Shown here piece by piece: positions 39,101-54,100 of a stretch of DNA of 64,000 nt. The notes under the pieces are model-generated. The model had not been told where the DNA came from. It ran no database searches and saw only the letters and a list, made by a program, of their open reading frames with translations. Numbering within the stretch: the first letter of the stretch is position 1; each line of letters opens with the position of its first letter. The translations under genes were made by a program, and so were the position numbers. Location: NCBI RefSeq assembly GCF_009914755.1, contig NC_060946.1; one strand, given 5' to 3'. The stretch comes from the human T2T-CHM13v2.0 reference genome, Homo sapiens.

Positions 39101-42100
39101 GCTCTGTCAAAAGGAAGGTTCTTCTCTGTTAGGTGAGTGCATACGTCATAAAGGAGTTTCTGAGAATGTTTCTGTCTAGTGGTTATGGGAAGATATTTGC
39201 TTTTTCACCGTAGGCCTCAGAGCGCTCCAAATATCCACTTGCACATACTACAAAAAGAGTGCCTCAAAGCTGCTCTCTGAAACGGAATGTTCAACTCTAT
39301 GAGTTGAATGCAAACATCACAAAGACGTTTCTGAGAATGCTTCTGTCTAGATTTGATATGAAGATATTCCCGTTTCCAACGAAATCTTCAAATCTATCCA
39401 AATGTCCACTTGCAGATTCAACAAAAAGTGTTTTTCAGAACTGCTCTATCAAAAGAAAGATCCACCTCTGTTAGCTGAGTTCACACATCACAAACAAGTT
39501 TATGAGAATGCTTCTGTCTAGTTTTTATTTGAAGATATTTCCTTTCTCACCATAGACCTGAAAGCTGTCCTAATGTTCACTTCCAGATACTACAGAAAGA
39601 GTGTTTCAAAACTGCTGTACGAAAGGGAATGTTCAACTCTGTGACTTGAATGCACACATCACAAAGAAGTTTCTGAGGATGCTGCTGTCTACTTTTTATA
39701 CGTAATCCCGTTTCCAACGAAATCCTCCAAGCTATCCAAATATCCACTTGCAGATTCCACAGAAAGACTGTTTCAAAACTGCTCTGTCAATAGAAAGGTT
39801 CAACTCTGCTAGCTGCGTGCATATATCCCAAAGAAGATTCTGAGATTCCTTCTGTCTAGTTTTTATGGGAAGATATTTCCCTTTTCACCGTAGGCGTCAA
39901 GGCGCTCCAAATGTCCACTTCCAGATACTACAAAAAGAGTGTTTCAAACCTACTCTGTGAAAGGGAATATTCAACTCTGTGACTTGAATGCACATATCAC
40001 AAAGAAGTTTCTGAGAATGCTTCTGTCGAGATTTTATATGAAGATATTCCCGTTTCCAACGAAATCCTGAAATCTATCCAAATATCCCCTCGCAGATTCT
40101 ACAAAAAGAGTGTTTCAAAACTGCTCTGTAAAAAGAAAGGTTCAACTCTGTTAGTTGAGTACACACATCACAAACAAGTTTCACAGAATGCTTCTTTCTA
40201 GCTTGTAGGGGAAGATATTCCCTTTCTCACCATGGGCCTCCAACCGTCCGAAACATCCACTTCCATATACTACAAAAAGAGCGTTTCAAACCTGCTCTAT
40301 GAAAGGCAATGTTCAACTCTGTGACTTGAAAGCAGACATCACAGAGCAGTTTCTGAGAATGCTTCTGTCTAGATTTTATAGGAAGATATTCCCGTTTCCA
40401 ACGAAATCTTCACAGCTATCCAAATATCCACTTGCAGATTCTACAAAAAGAGTGTATCAAAACTGCTCTGTCAAAAGGAAGGTTCTTCTCTGTTAGGTGA
40501 GTGCATATGTCATAAAGGAGTTTCTGAGAATGTTTCTGTCTAGTGGTTATGGGAAGATATTTGCTTTTTCACCGTAGGCCTCAGAGCGCTCCAAATATCC
40601 ACTTGCACAAACTACAAAAAGAGTGCCTCAAAGCTGCTCTCTGAAACGGAATGTTCAACTCTATGAGTTGAATGCAAACATCACAAAGACGTTTCTGAGA
40701 ATGCTTCTGTCTAGATTTGATATGAAGATATTCCCGTTTCCAACGAAATCTTCAAATCTATCCAAATGTCCACTTGCAGATTCAACAAAAAGTGTTTTTC
40801 AGAACTGCTCTATCAAAAGAAAGATCCACCTCTGTTAGCTGAGTTCACACATCACAAACAAGTTTATGAGAATGCTTCTGTCTAGTTTTTATTTGAAGAT
40901 ATTTCCTTTCTCACCATAGACCTGAAAGCTGTCCTAATGTTCACTTCCAGATACTACAGAAAGAGTGTTTCAAAACTGCTGTACGAAAGGGAATGTTCAA
41001 CTCTGTGACTTGAATGCACACATCACAAAGAAGTTTCTGAGGATGCTGCTGTCTACTTTTTATACGTAATCCCGTTTCCAACGAAATCCTCCAAGCTATC
41101 CAAACATCCACTTACAGATTCCACAGAAAGACTGTTTCAAAACTGCTCTGTCAATAGAAAGGTTCAACTCTGTTAGCTGCGTGCATATATCCCAAAGAAG
41201 ATTCTGAGATTGCTTCTGTCTAGTTTTTATGGGAAGATATTTCCCTTTTCACCGTAGGCGTCAAGGCGCTCCAAATGTCCACTTCCAGATACTACAAAAA
41301 GAGTGTTTCAAACCTACTCTGTGAAAGCGAATATTCAACTCTGTGACTTGAATGCACATATCACAAAGAAGTTTCTGAGAATGCTTCTGTCGAGATTTTA
41401 TATGAAGATATTCCCGTTTCCAACGAAATCCTGAAATCTATCCAAATATCCCCTCGCAGATTCTACAAAAAGAGTGTTTCAAAACTGCTCTGTAAAAAGA
41501 AAGGTTCAACTCTGTTAGTTGAGTACACACATCACAAACAAGTTTCACAGAATGCTTCTTTCTAGCTTGTAGGGGAAGATATTCCCTTTATCACCATGGG
41601 CCTCCAACCGTCCGAAACGTCCACTTCCATATACTACAAAAAGAGCGTTTCAAACCTGCTCTATGAAAGGCAATGTTCAACTCTGTGACTTGAATGCAGA
41701 CATCACAGAGCAGTTTCTGAGAATGCTTCTGTCTAGATTTTATAGGAAGATATTCCCGTTTCCAACGAAATCTTCACAGCTATCCAAATATCCACTTGCA
41801 GATTCTACAAAAAGAGTGTATCAAAACTGCTCTGTCAAAAGGAAGGTTCTTCTCTGTTAGGTGAGTGCATACGTCATAAAGGAGTTTCTGAGAATGTTTC
41901 TGTCTAGTGGTTATGGGAAGATATTTGCTTTTTCACCGTAGGCCTCAGAGCGCTCCAAATATCCACTTGCACATACTACAAAAAGAGTGCCTCAAAGCTG
42001 CTCTTTGAAACGGAATGTTCAACTCTATGAGTTGAATGCAAACATCACAAAGACGTTTCTGAGAATGCTTCTGTCTAGATTTGATATGAAGATATTCCCG

Positions 42101-45100
42101 TTTCCAACGAAATCTTCAAATCTATCCAAATGTCCACTTGCAGATTCAACAAAAAGTGTTTTTCAGAACTGCTCTATCAAAAGAAAGATCCACCTCTGTT
42201 AGCTGAGTTCACACATCACAAACAAGTTTATGAGAATGCTTCTGTCTAGTTTTTATTTGAAGATATTTCCTTTCTCACCATAGACCTGAAAGCTGTCCTA
42301 ATGTTCACTTCCAGATACTACAGAAAGAGTGTTTCAAAACTGCTGTACGAAAGGGAATGTTCAACTCTGTGACTTGAATGCACACATCACAAAGAAGTTT
42401 CTGAGGATGCTGCTGTCTACTTTTTATACGTAATCCCGTTTCCAACGAAATCCTCCAAGCTATCCAAATATCCACTTGCAGATTCCACAGAAAGACTGTT
42501 TCAAAACTGCTCTGTCAATAGAAAGGTTCAACTCTGTTAGCTGCGTGCATATATCCCGAAGAAGATTCTGAGATTCCTTCTGTCTAGTTTTTATGGGAAG
42601 ATATTTCCCTTTTCACCGTAGGCGTCAAGGCGCTCCAAATGTCCACTTCCAGATACTACAAAAAGAGTGTTTCAAACCTACTCTGTGAAAGGGAATATTC
42701 AACTCTGTGACTTGAATGCACATATCACAAAGAAGTTTCTGAGAATGCTTCTGTCGAGATTTTATATGAAGATATTCCCGTTTCCAACGAAATCCTGAAA
42801 TCTATCCAAATATCCCCTCGCAGATTCTACAAAAAGAGTGTTTCAAAACTGTTCTGTAAAAAGAAAGGTTCAACTCTGTTAGTTGAGTACACACATCACA
42901 AACAAGTATCACAGAATGCTTCTTTCTAGCTTGTAGGGGAAGATATTCCCTTTATCACCATGGGCCTCCAACCGTCCGAAACGTCCACTTCCATATACTT
43001 CAAAAAGAGCGTTTCAAACCTGCTCTATGAAAGGCAATGTTCAACTCTGTGACTTGAATGCAGACATCACAGAGCTGTTTATGAGAATGCTTCTGTCTAG
43101 ATTTTATAGGATGATATTCCCGTTTCCAACGAAATCTTCACAGCTATCCAAATATCCACTTGCAGATTCTACAAAAAGAGTGTATCCAAACTGCTCTGGC
43201 AAAAGGAAGGTTCTTCTCTGTTAGGTGAGTGCATACGTCATAAAGGAGTTTCTGAGAATGTTTCTGTCTAGTGGTTATGGGAAGATATTTGCTTTTTCAC
43301 CATAGGCCTCAGAGCGCTCCAAATATCCACTTGCACATACTACAAAAAGAGTGCCTCAAAGCTGCTCTCTGAAATGGAATGTTCAACTCTATGAGTTGAA
43401 TGCAAACATCACAAAGACGTTTCTGAGAATGCTTCTGTCTAGATTTGATATGAAGATATTCCCGTTTCCAACGAAATCTTCAAATCTATCCAAATGTCCA
43501 CTTGCAGATTCAACAAAAAGTGTTTTTCAGAACTGCTCTATCAAAAGAAAGATCCACCTCTGTTAGCTGAGTTCACACATCCAAACAAGTTTATGAGAAT
43601 GCTTCTGTCTAGTTTTTATTTGAAGATATTTCCTTTCTCACCATAGACCTGAAAGCTGTCCTAATGTTCACTTCCAGATACTACAGAAAGAGTGTTTAAA
43701 AACTGCTGTACGAAAGGGAATGTTCAACTCTGTGACTTGAATGCACACATCACAAAGAAGTTTCTGAGGATGCTGCTGTCTACTTTTTATACGTAATCCC
43801 GTTTCCAACGAAATCCTCCAAGCTATCCAAATATCCACTTGCAGATTCCACAGAAAGACTGTTTCAAAACTGCTCTGTCAATAGAAAGGTTCAACTCTGT
43901 TAGCTGCGTGCATATATCCCAAAGAAGATTCTGAGATTGCTTCTGTCTAGTTTTTATGGGAAGATATTTCCCTTTTCACCGTAGGTGTCAAGGCGCTCCA
44001 AATGTCCACTTCCAGATACTACAAAAAGAGTGTTTCAAACCTACTCTGTGAAAAGGAATATTCAACTCTGTGACTTGAATGCACATATCACAAAGAAGTT
44101 TCTGAGAATGCTTCTGTCGAGATTTTATATGAAGATATTCCCGTTTCCAACGAAATCCTGAAATCTATCCAAATATCCCCTCGCAGATTCTACAAAAAGA
44201 GTGTTTCAAAACTGCTCTGTAAAAAGAAAGGTTCAACTCTGTTAGTTGAGTACACACATCACAAACAAGTTTCACAGAATGCTTCTTTCTAGCTTGTAGG
44301 GGAAGATATTCCCTTTATCACCATGGGCCTCCAACCGTCCGAAACGTCCACTTCCATATACTACAAAAAGAGCGTTTCAAACCTGCTCTAGGAAAGGCAA
44401 TGTTCAACTCTGTGACTTGAATGCAGACATCACAGAGCAGTTTCTGAGAATGCTTCTGTCTAGATTTTATAGGAAGATATTCCCGTTTCCAACGAAATCT
44501 TCACAGCTATCCAAATATCCACTTGCAGATTCTACAAAAAGAGTGTATCAAAACTGCTCTGTCAAAAGGAAGGTTCTTCTCTGTTAGGTGAGTGCATACG
44601 TCATAAAGGAGTTTCTGAGAATGTTTCTGTCTAGTGGTTATGGGAAGATATTTGCTTTTTCACCGTAGGCCTCAGAGCGCTCCAAATATCCACTTGCACA
44701 TACTACAAAAAGAGTGCCTCAAAGCTGCTCTCTGAAACGGAATGTTCAACTCTATGAGTTGAATGCAAACATCACAAAGACGTTTCTGAGAATGCTTCTG
44801 TCTAGATTTGATATGAAGATATTCCCGTTTCCAACGAAATCTTCAAATCTATCCAAATGTCCACTTGCAGATTCAACAAAAAGTGTTTTTCAGAACTGCT
44901 CTATCAAAAGAAAGATCCACCTCTGTTAGCTGAGTTCACACATCACAAACAAGTTTATGAGAATGCTTCTGTCTAGTTTTTATTTGAAGATATTTCCTTT
45001 CTCACCATAGACCTGAAAGCTGTCCTAATGTTCACTTCCAGATACTACAGAAAGAGTGTTTCAAAACTGCTGTACGAAAGGGAATGTTCAACTCTGTGAC

Positions 45101-48100
45101 TTGAATGCACACATCACAAAGAAGTTTCTGAGGATGCTGCTGTCTACTTTTTATACGTAATCCCGTTTCCAACGAAATCCTCCAAGCTATCCAAATATCC
45201 ACTTGCAGATTCCACAGAAAGACTGTTTCAAAACTGCTCTGTCAATAGAAAGGTTCAACTCTGTTAGCTGCGTGCATATATCCCAAAGAAGATTCTGAGA
45301 TTGCTTCTGTCTAGTTTTTATGGGAAGATATTTCCCTTTTCACCGTAGGCGTCAAGGCGCTCCAAATGTCCACTTCCAGATACTACAAAAAGAGTGTTTC
45401 AAACCTACTCTGTGAAAGGGAATATTCAACTCTGTGACTTGAATGCACATATCACAAAGAAGTTTCTGAGAATGCTTCTGTCGAGATTTTATATGAAGAT
45501 ATTCCCGTTTCCAACGAAATCCTGAAATCTATCCAAATATCCCCTCGCAGATTCTACAAAAAGAGTGTTTCAAAACTGCTCTGTAAAAAGAAAGGTTCAA
45601 CTCTGTTAGTTGAGTACACACATCACAAACAAGTTTCACAGAATGCTTCTTTCTAGCTTGTAGGGGAAGATATTCCCTTTATCACCATGGTCCTCAAACC
45701 GTCCGAAACGTCCACTTCCATATACTACAAAAAGAGCGTTTCAAACCTGCTCTAGGAAAGGCAATGTTCAACTCTGTGACTTGAATGCAGACATCACAGA
45801 ACAGTTTCTGAGAATGCTTCTGTCTAGATTTTATAGGAAGATATTCCCGTTTCCAACGAAATCTTCACAGCTATCCAAATATCCACTTGCAGATTCTACA
45901 AAAAGAGTGTATCAAAACTGCTCTGTCAAAAGGAAGGTTCTTCTCTGTTAGGTGAGTGCATACGTCATAAAGGAGTTTCTGAGAATGTTTCTGTCCAGTG
46001 GTTATGGGAAGATATTTGCTTTTTCACCGTAGGCCTCAGAGCGCTCCAAATATCCACTTGCACATACTACAAAAAGAGTGCCTCAAAGCTGCTCTCTGAA
46101 ACGGAATGTTCAACTCTATGAGTTGAATGCAAACATCACAAAGACGTTTCTGAGAATGCTTCTGTCTAGATTTGATATGAAGATATTCCCGTTTCCAACG
46201 AAATCTTCAAATCTATCCAAATGTCCACTTGCAGATTCAACAAAAAGTGTTTTTCAGAACTGCTCTATCAAAAGAAAGATCCACCTCTGTTAGCTGAGTT
46301 CACACATCACAAACAAGTTTATGAGAATGCTTCTGTCTAGTTTTTATTTGAAGATATTTCCTTTCTCACCATAGACCTGAAAGCTGTCCTAATGTTCACT
46401 TCCAGATACTACAGAAAGAGTGTTTCAAAACTGCTGTACGAAAGGGAATGTTCAACTCTGTGACTTGAATGCACACATCACAAAGAAGTTTCTGAGGATG
46501 CTGCTGTCTACTTTTTATACGTAATACCGTTTCCAACGAAATCCTCCAAGCTATCCAAATATCCACTTGCAGATTCCACAGAAAGACTGTTTCAAAACTG
46601 CTCTGTCAATAGAAAGGTTCAACTCTGTTAGCTGCGTGCATATATCCCAAAGAAGATTCTGAGATTGCTTCTGTCTAGTTTTTATGGGAAGATATTTCCC
46701 TTTTCACCGTAGGCGTCAAGGCGCTCCAAATGTCCACTTCCAGATACTACAAAAAGAGTGTTTCAAACCTACTCTGTGAAAGCGAATATTCAACTCTGTG
46801 ACTTGAATGCACATATCACAAAGAAGTTTCTGAGAATGCTTCTGTCGAGATTTTATATGAAGATATTCCCGTTTCCAACGAAATCCTGAAATCTATCCAA
46901 ATATCCCCTCGCAGATTCTACAAAAAGAGTGTTTCAAAACTGCTCTGTAAAAAGAAAGGTTCAACTCTGTTAGTTGAGTACACACATCACAAACAAGTTT
47001 CACAGAATGCTTCTTTCTAGCTTGTAGGGGAAGATATTCCCTTTATCACCATGGGCCTCCAACCGTCCGAAACGTCCACTTCCATATACTACAAAAAGAG
47101 CGTTTCAAACCTGCTCTATGAAAGGCAATGTTCAACTCTGTGACTTGAATGCAGACATCACAGAGCAGTTTCTGAGAATGCTTCTGTCTAGATTTTATAG
47201 GAAGATATTCCCGTTTCCAACGAAATCTTCACAGCTATCCAAATATCCACTTGCAGATTCTACAAAAAGAGTGTATCAAAACTGCTCTGTCAAAAGGAAG
47301 GTTCTTCTCTGTTAGGTGAGTGCATACGTCATAAAGGAGTTTCTGAGAATGTTTCTGTCTAGTGGTTATGGGAAGATATTTGCTTTTTCACCGTAGGCCT
47401 CAGAGCGCTCCAAATATCCACTTGCACATACTACAAAAAGAGTGCCTCAAAGCTGCTCTCTGAAACGGAATGTTCAACTCTATGAGTTGAATGCAAACAT
47501 CACAAAGACGTTTCTGAGAATGCTTCTGTCTAGATTTGATATGAAGATATTCCCGTTTCCAACGAAATCTTCAAATCTATCCAAATGTCCACTTGCAGAT
47601 TCAACAAAAAGTGTTTTTCAGAACTGCTCTATCAAAAGAAAGATCCACCTCTGTTAGCTGAGTTCACACATCACAAACAAGTTTATGAGAATGCTTCTGT
47701 CTAGTTTTTATTTGAAGATATTTCCTTTCTCACCATAGACCTGAAAGCTGTCCTAATGTTCACTTCCAGATACTACAGAAAGAGTGTTTCAAAACTGCTG
47801 TACGAAAGGGAATGTTCAACTCTGTGACTTGAATGCACACATCACAAAGAAGTTTCTGAGGATGCTGCTGTCTACTTTTTATACGTAATCCCGTTTCCAA
47901 CGAAATCCTCCAAGCTATCCAAATATCCACTTGCAGATTCCACAGAAAGACTGTTTCAAAACTGCTCTGTCAATAGAAAGGTTCAACTCTGTTAGCTGCG
48001 TGCATATATCCCAAAGAAGATTCTGAGATTGCTTCTGTCTAGTTTTTATGGGAAGATATTTCCCTTTTCACCGTAGGCGTCAAGGCGCTCCAAATGTCCA

Positions 48101-51100
48101 CTTCCAGATACTACAAAAAGAGTGTTTCAAACCTACTCTGTGAAAGCGAATATTCAACTCTGTGACTTGAATGCACATATCACAAAGAAGTTTCTGAGAA
48201 TGCTTCTGTCGAGATTTTATATGAAGATATTCCCGTTTCCAACGAAATCCTGAAATCTATCCAAATATCCCCTCGCAGATTCTACAAAAAGAGTGTTTCA
48301 AAACTGCTCTGTAAAAAGAAAGGTTCAACTCTGTTAGTTGAGTACACACATCACAAACAAGTTTCACAGAATGCTTCTTTCTAGCTTGTAGGGGAAGATA
48401 TTCCCTTTATCACCATGGGCCTCCAAACGTCCGAAACGTCCACTTCCATATACTACAAAAAGAGCGTTTCAAACCTGCTCTAGGAAAGGCAATGTTCAAC
48501 TCTGTGACTTGAATGCAGACATCACAGAGCAGTTTCTGAGAATGCTTCTGTCTAGATTTTATAGGAAGATATTCCCGTTTCCAACGAAATCTTCACAGCT
48601 ATCCAAATATCCACTTGCAGATTCTACAAAAAGAGTGTATCAAAACTGCTCTGTCAAAAGGAAGGTTCTTCTCTGTTAGGTGAGTGCATACGTCATAAAG
48701 GAGTTTCTGAGAATGTTTCTGTCTAGTGGTTATGGGAAGATATTTGCTTTTTCACCGTAGGCCTCAGAGCGCTCCAAATATCCACTTGCACATACTACAA
48801 AAAGAGTGCCTCAAAGCTGCTCTCTGAAACGGAATGTTCAACTCTATGAGTTGAATGCAAACATCACAAAGACGTTTCTGAGAATGCTTCTGTCTAGATT
48901 TGATATGAAGATATTCCCGTTTCCAACGAAATCTTCAAATCTATCCAAATGTCCACTTGCAGATTCAACAAAAAGTGTTTTTCAGAACTGCTCTATCAAA
49001 AGAAAGATCCACCTCTGTTAGCTGAGTTCACACATCACAAACAAGTTTATGAGAATGCTTCTGTCTAGTTTTTATTTGAAGATATTTCCTTTCTCACCAT
49101 AGACCTGAAAGCTGTCCTAATGTTCACTTCCAGATACTACAGAAAGAGTGTTTCAAAACTGCTGTACGAAAGGGAATGTTCAACTCTGTGACTTGAATGC
49201 ACACATCACAAAGAAGTTTCTGAGGATGCTGCTGTCTACTTTTTATACGTAATCCCGTTTCCAACGAAATCCTCCAAGCTATCCAAATATCCACTTGCAG
49301 ATTCCACAGAAAGACTGTTTCAAAACTGCTCTGTCAATAGAAAGGTTCAACTCTGTTAGCTGCGTGCATATATCCCAAAGAAGATTCTGAGATTGCTTCT
49401 GTCTAGTTTTTATGGGAAGATATTTCCCTTTTCACCGTAGGCGTCAAGGCGCTCCAAATGTCCACTTCCAGATACTACAAAAAGAGTGTTTCAAACCTAC
49501 TCTGTGAAAGGGAATATTCAACTCTGTGACTTGAATGCACATATCACAAAGAAGTTTCTGAGAATGCTTCTGTCGAGATTTTATATGAAGATGTTCCCGT
49601 TTCCAACGAAATCCTGAAATCTATCCAAATATCACCTCGCAGATTCTACAAAAAGAGTGTTTCAAAACTGCTCTGTAAAAAGAAAGTTTCAACTCTGTTA
49701 CTTGAGTACACACATCACAAACAAGTTTCACAGAATGCTTCTTTCTAGCTTGTAGGGGAAGATATTCCCTTTATCACCATGGTCCTCAAACCGTCCGAAA
49801 CGTCCACTTCCATATACTACAAAAAGAGCGTTTCAAACCTGCTCTATGAAAGGCAATGTTCAACTCTGTGACTTGAATGCAGACATCACAGAGCAGTTTC
49901 TGAGAATGCTTCTGTCTAGATTTTATAGGAAGATATTCCCGTTTCCAACGAAATCTTCACAGCTATCCAAATATCCACTTGCAGATTCTACAAAAAGAGT
50001 GTATCAAAACTGCTCTGTCAAAAGGAAGGTTCTTCTCTTTTAGGTGAGTGCATACGTCATAAAGGAGTTTCTGAGAATGTTTCTGTCTAGTGGTTATGGG
50101 AAGATATTTGCTTTTTCACCGTAGGCCTCAGAGCGCTCCAAATATCCACTTGCACATACTACAAAAAGAGTGCCTCAAAGCTGCTCTCTGAAACGGAATG
50201 TTCAACTCTATGAGTTGAATGCAAACATCACAAAGACGTTTCTGAGAATGCTTCTGTCTAGATTTGATATGAAGATATTCCCGTTTCCAACGAAATCTTC
50301 AAATCTATCCAAATGTCCACTTGCAGATTCAACAAAAAGTGTTTTTCAGAACTGCTCTATCAAAAGAAAGATCCACCTCTGTTAGCTGAGTTCACACATC
50401 ACAAACAAGTTTATGAGAATGCTTCTGTCTAGTTTTTATTTGAAGATATTTCCTTTCTCACCATAGACCTGAAAGCTGTCCTAATGTTCACTTCCAGATA
50501 CTACAGAAAGAGTGTTTCAAAACTGCTGTACGAAAGGGAATGTTCAACTCTGTGACTTGAATGCACACATCACAAAGAAGTTTCTGAGGATGCTGCTGTC
50601 TACTTTTTATACGTAATCCCGTTTCCAACGAAATCCTCCAAGCTATCCAAATATCCACTTGCAGATTCCACAGAAAGACTGTTTCAAAACTGCTCTGTCA
50701 ATAGAAAGGTTCAACTCTGTTAGCTGCGTGCATATATCCCAAAGAAGATTCTGAGATTGCTTCTGTCTAGTTTTTATGGGAAGATATTTCCCTTTTCACC
50801 GTAGGCGTCAAGGCGCTCCAAATGTCCACTTCCAGATACTACAAAAAGAGTGTTTCAAACCTACTCTGTGAAAGCGAATATTCAACTCTGTGACTTGAAT
50901 GCACATATCACAAAGAAGTTTCTGAGAATGCTTCTGTCGAGATTTTATATGAAGATATTCCCGTTTCCAACGAAATCCTGAAATCTATCCAAATATCCCC
51001 TCGCAGATTCTACAAAAAGAGTGTTTCAAAACTGCTCTGTAAAAAGAAAGGTTCAACTCTGTTAGTTGAGTACACACATCACAAACAAGTTTCACAGAAT

Positions 51101-54100
51101 GCTTCTTTCTAGCTTGTAGGGGAAGATATTCCCTTTATCACCATGGGCCTCCAACCGTCCGAAACGTCCACTTCCATATACTACCAAAAGAGCGTTTCAA
51201 ACCTGCTCTATGAAAGGCAATGTTCAACTCTGTGACTTGAATGCAGACATCACAGAGCAGTTTCTGAGAATGCTTCTGTCTAGATTTTATAGGAAGATAT
51301 TCCCGTTTCCAACGAAATCTTCACAGCTATCCAAATATCCACTTGCAGATTCTACAAAAAGAGTGTATCAAAACTGCTCTGTCAAAAGGAAGGTTCTTCT
51401 CTTTTAGGTGAGTGCATACGTCATAAAGGAGTTTCTGAGAATGTTTCTGTCTAGTGGTTATGGGAAGATATTTGCTTTTTCACCGTAGGCCTCAGAGCGC
51501 TCCAAATATCCACTTGCACGTACTACAAAAAGAGTGCCTCAAAGCTGCTCTCTGAAACGGAATGTTCAACTCTATGAGTTGAATGCAAACATCACAAAGA
51601 CGTTTCTGAGAATGCTTCTGTCTAGATTTGATATGAAGATATTCCCGTTTCCAACGAAATCTTCAAATCTATCCAAATGTCCACTTGCAGATTCAACAAA
51701 AAGTGTTTTTCAGAACTGCTCTATCAAAAGAAAGATCCACCTCTGTTAGCTGAGTTCACACATCACAAACAAGTTTATGAGAATGCTTCTGTCTAGTTTT
51801 TATTTGAAGATATTTCCTTTCTCACCATAGACCTGAAAGCTGTCCTAATGTTCACTTCCAGATACTACAGAAAGAGTGTTTCAAAACTGCTGTACGAAAG
51901 GGAATGTTCAACTCTGTGACTTGAATGCACACATCACAAAGAAGTTTCTGAGGATGCTGCTGTCTACTTTTTATACGTAATCCCGTTTCCAACGAAATCC
52001 TCCAAGCTATCCAAATATCCACTTGCAGATTCCACAGAAAGACTGTTTCAAAACTGCTCTGTCAATAGAAAGGTTCAACTCTGTTAGCTGCGTGCATATA
52101 TCTCAAAGAAGATTCTGAGATTGCTTCTGTCTAGTTTTTATGGGAAGATATTTCCCTTTTCACCGTAGGCGTCAAGGCGCTCCAAATGTCCACTTCCAGA
52201 TACTACAAAAAGAGTGTTTCAAACCTACTCTGTGAAAGCGAATATTCAACTCTGTGACTTGAATGCACATATCACAAAGAAGTTTCTGAGAATGCTTCTG
52301 TCGAGATTTTATATGAAGATATTCCCGTTTCCAACGAAATCCTGAAATCTATCCAAATATCCCCTCGCAGATTCTACAAAAAGAGTGTTTCAAAACTGCT
52401 CTGTAAAAAGAAAGGTTCAACTCTGTTAGTTGAGTACACACATCACAAACAAGTTTCACAGAATGCTTCTTTCTAGCTTGTAGGGGAAGATATTCCCTTT
52501 ATCACCATGGGCCTCCAACCGTCCGAAACGTCCACTTCCATATACTACAAAAAGAGCGTTTCAAACCTGCTCTAGGAAAGGCAATGTTCAACTCTGTGAC
52601 TTGAATGCAGACATCACAGAGCAGTTTCTGAGAATGCTTCTGTCTAGATTTTATAGGAAGATATTCCCGTTTCCAACGAAATCTTCACAGCTATCCAAAT
52701 ATCCACTTGCAGATTCTACAAAAAGAGTGTATCAAAACTGCTCTGTCAAAAGGAAGGTTCTTCTCTGTTAGGTGAGTGCATACGTCATAAAGGAGTTTCT
52801 GAGAATGTTTCTGTCTAGTGGTTATGGGAAGATATTTGCTTTTTCACCGTAGGCCTCAGAGCGCTCCAAATATCCACTTGCACATACTACAAAAAGAGTG
52901 CCTCAAAGCTGCTCTTTGAAACGGAATGTTCAACTCTATGAGTTGAATGCAAACATCACAAAGACGTTTCTGAGAATGCTTCTGTCTAGATTTGATATGA
53001 AGATATTCCCGTTTCCAACGAAATCTTCAAATCTATCCAAATGTCCACTTGCAGATTCAACAAAAAGTGTTTTTCAGAACTGCTCTATCAAAAGAAAGAT
53101 CCACATCTGTTAGCTGAGTTCACACATCACAAACAAGTTTATGAGAATGCTTCTGTCTAGTTTTTATTTGAAGATATTTCCTTTCTCACCATAGACCTGA
53201 AAGCTGTCCTAATGTTCACTTCCAGATACTACAGAAAGAGTGTTTCAAAACTGCTGTATGAAAGGGAATGTTGAACTCTGTGACTTGAATGCACACATCA
53301 CAAAGAAGTTTCTGAGGATGCTGCTGTCTACTTTTTATATGTAATCCCGTTTCCAACGAAATCCTCCAAGCTATCCAAATATCCACTTGCAGATTCCACA
53401 GAAAGACTGTTTCAAAACTGCTCTGTCAATAGAAAGGTTCAACTCTGTTAGCTGCGTGCATATATCCCAAAGAAGATTCTGAGATTGCTTCTGTCTAGTT
53501 TTTATGGGAAGATATTTCCCTTTTCACCGTAGGCGTCAAGGCGCTCCAAATGTCCACTTCCAGATACTACAAAAAGAGTGTTTCAAACCTACTCTGTGAA
53601 AGGGAATATTCAACTCTGTGACTTGAATGCACATATCACAAAGAAGTTTCTGATAATGCTTCTGTCGAGATTTTATATGAAGATATTCCCGTTTCCAACG
53701 AAATCCTGAAATCTATCCAAATATCCCCTCGCAGATTCTACAAAAAGAGTGTTTCAAAACTGCTCTGTAAAAAGAAAGGTTCAACTCTGTTAGTTGAGTA
53801 CACACATCACAAACAAGTTTCACAGAATGCTTCTTTCTAGCTTGTAGGGGAAGATATTCCCTTTATCACCATGGGCCTCCAAACGTCCGAAACGTCCACT
53901 TCCATATACTACAAAAAGAGCGTTTCAAACCTGCTCTAGGAAAGGCAATGTTCAACTCTGTGACTTGAATGCAGACATCACAGAGCAGTTTCTGAGAATG
54001 CTTCTGTCTAGATTTTATAGGAAGATATTCCCGTTTCCAACGAAATCTTCACAGCTATCCAAATATCCACTTGCAGATTCTACAAAAAGAGTGTATCAAA

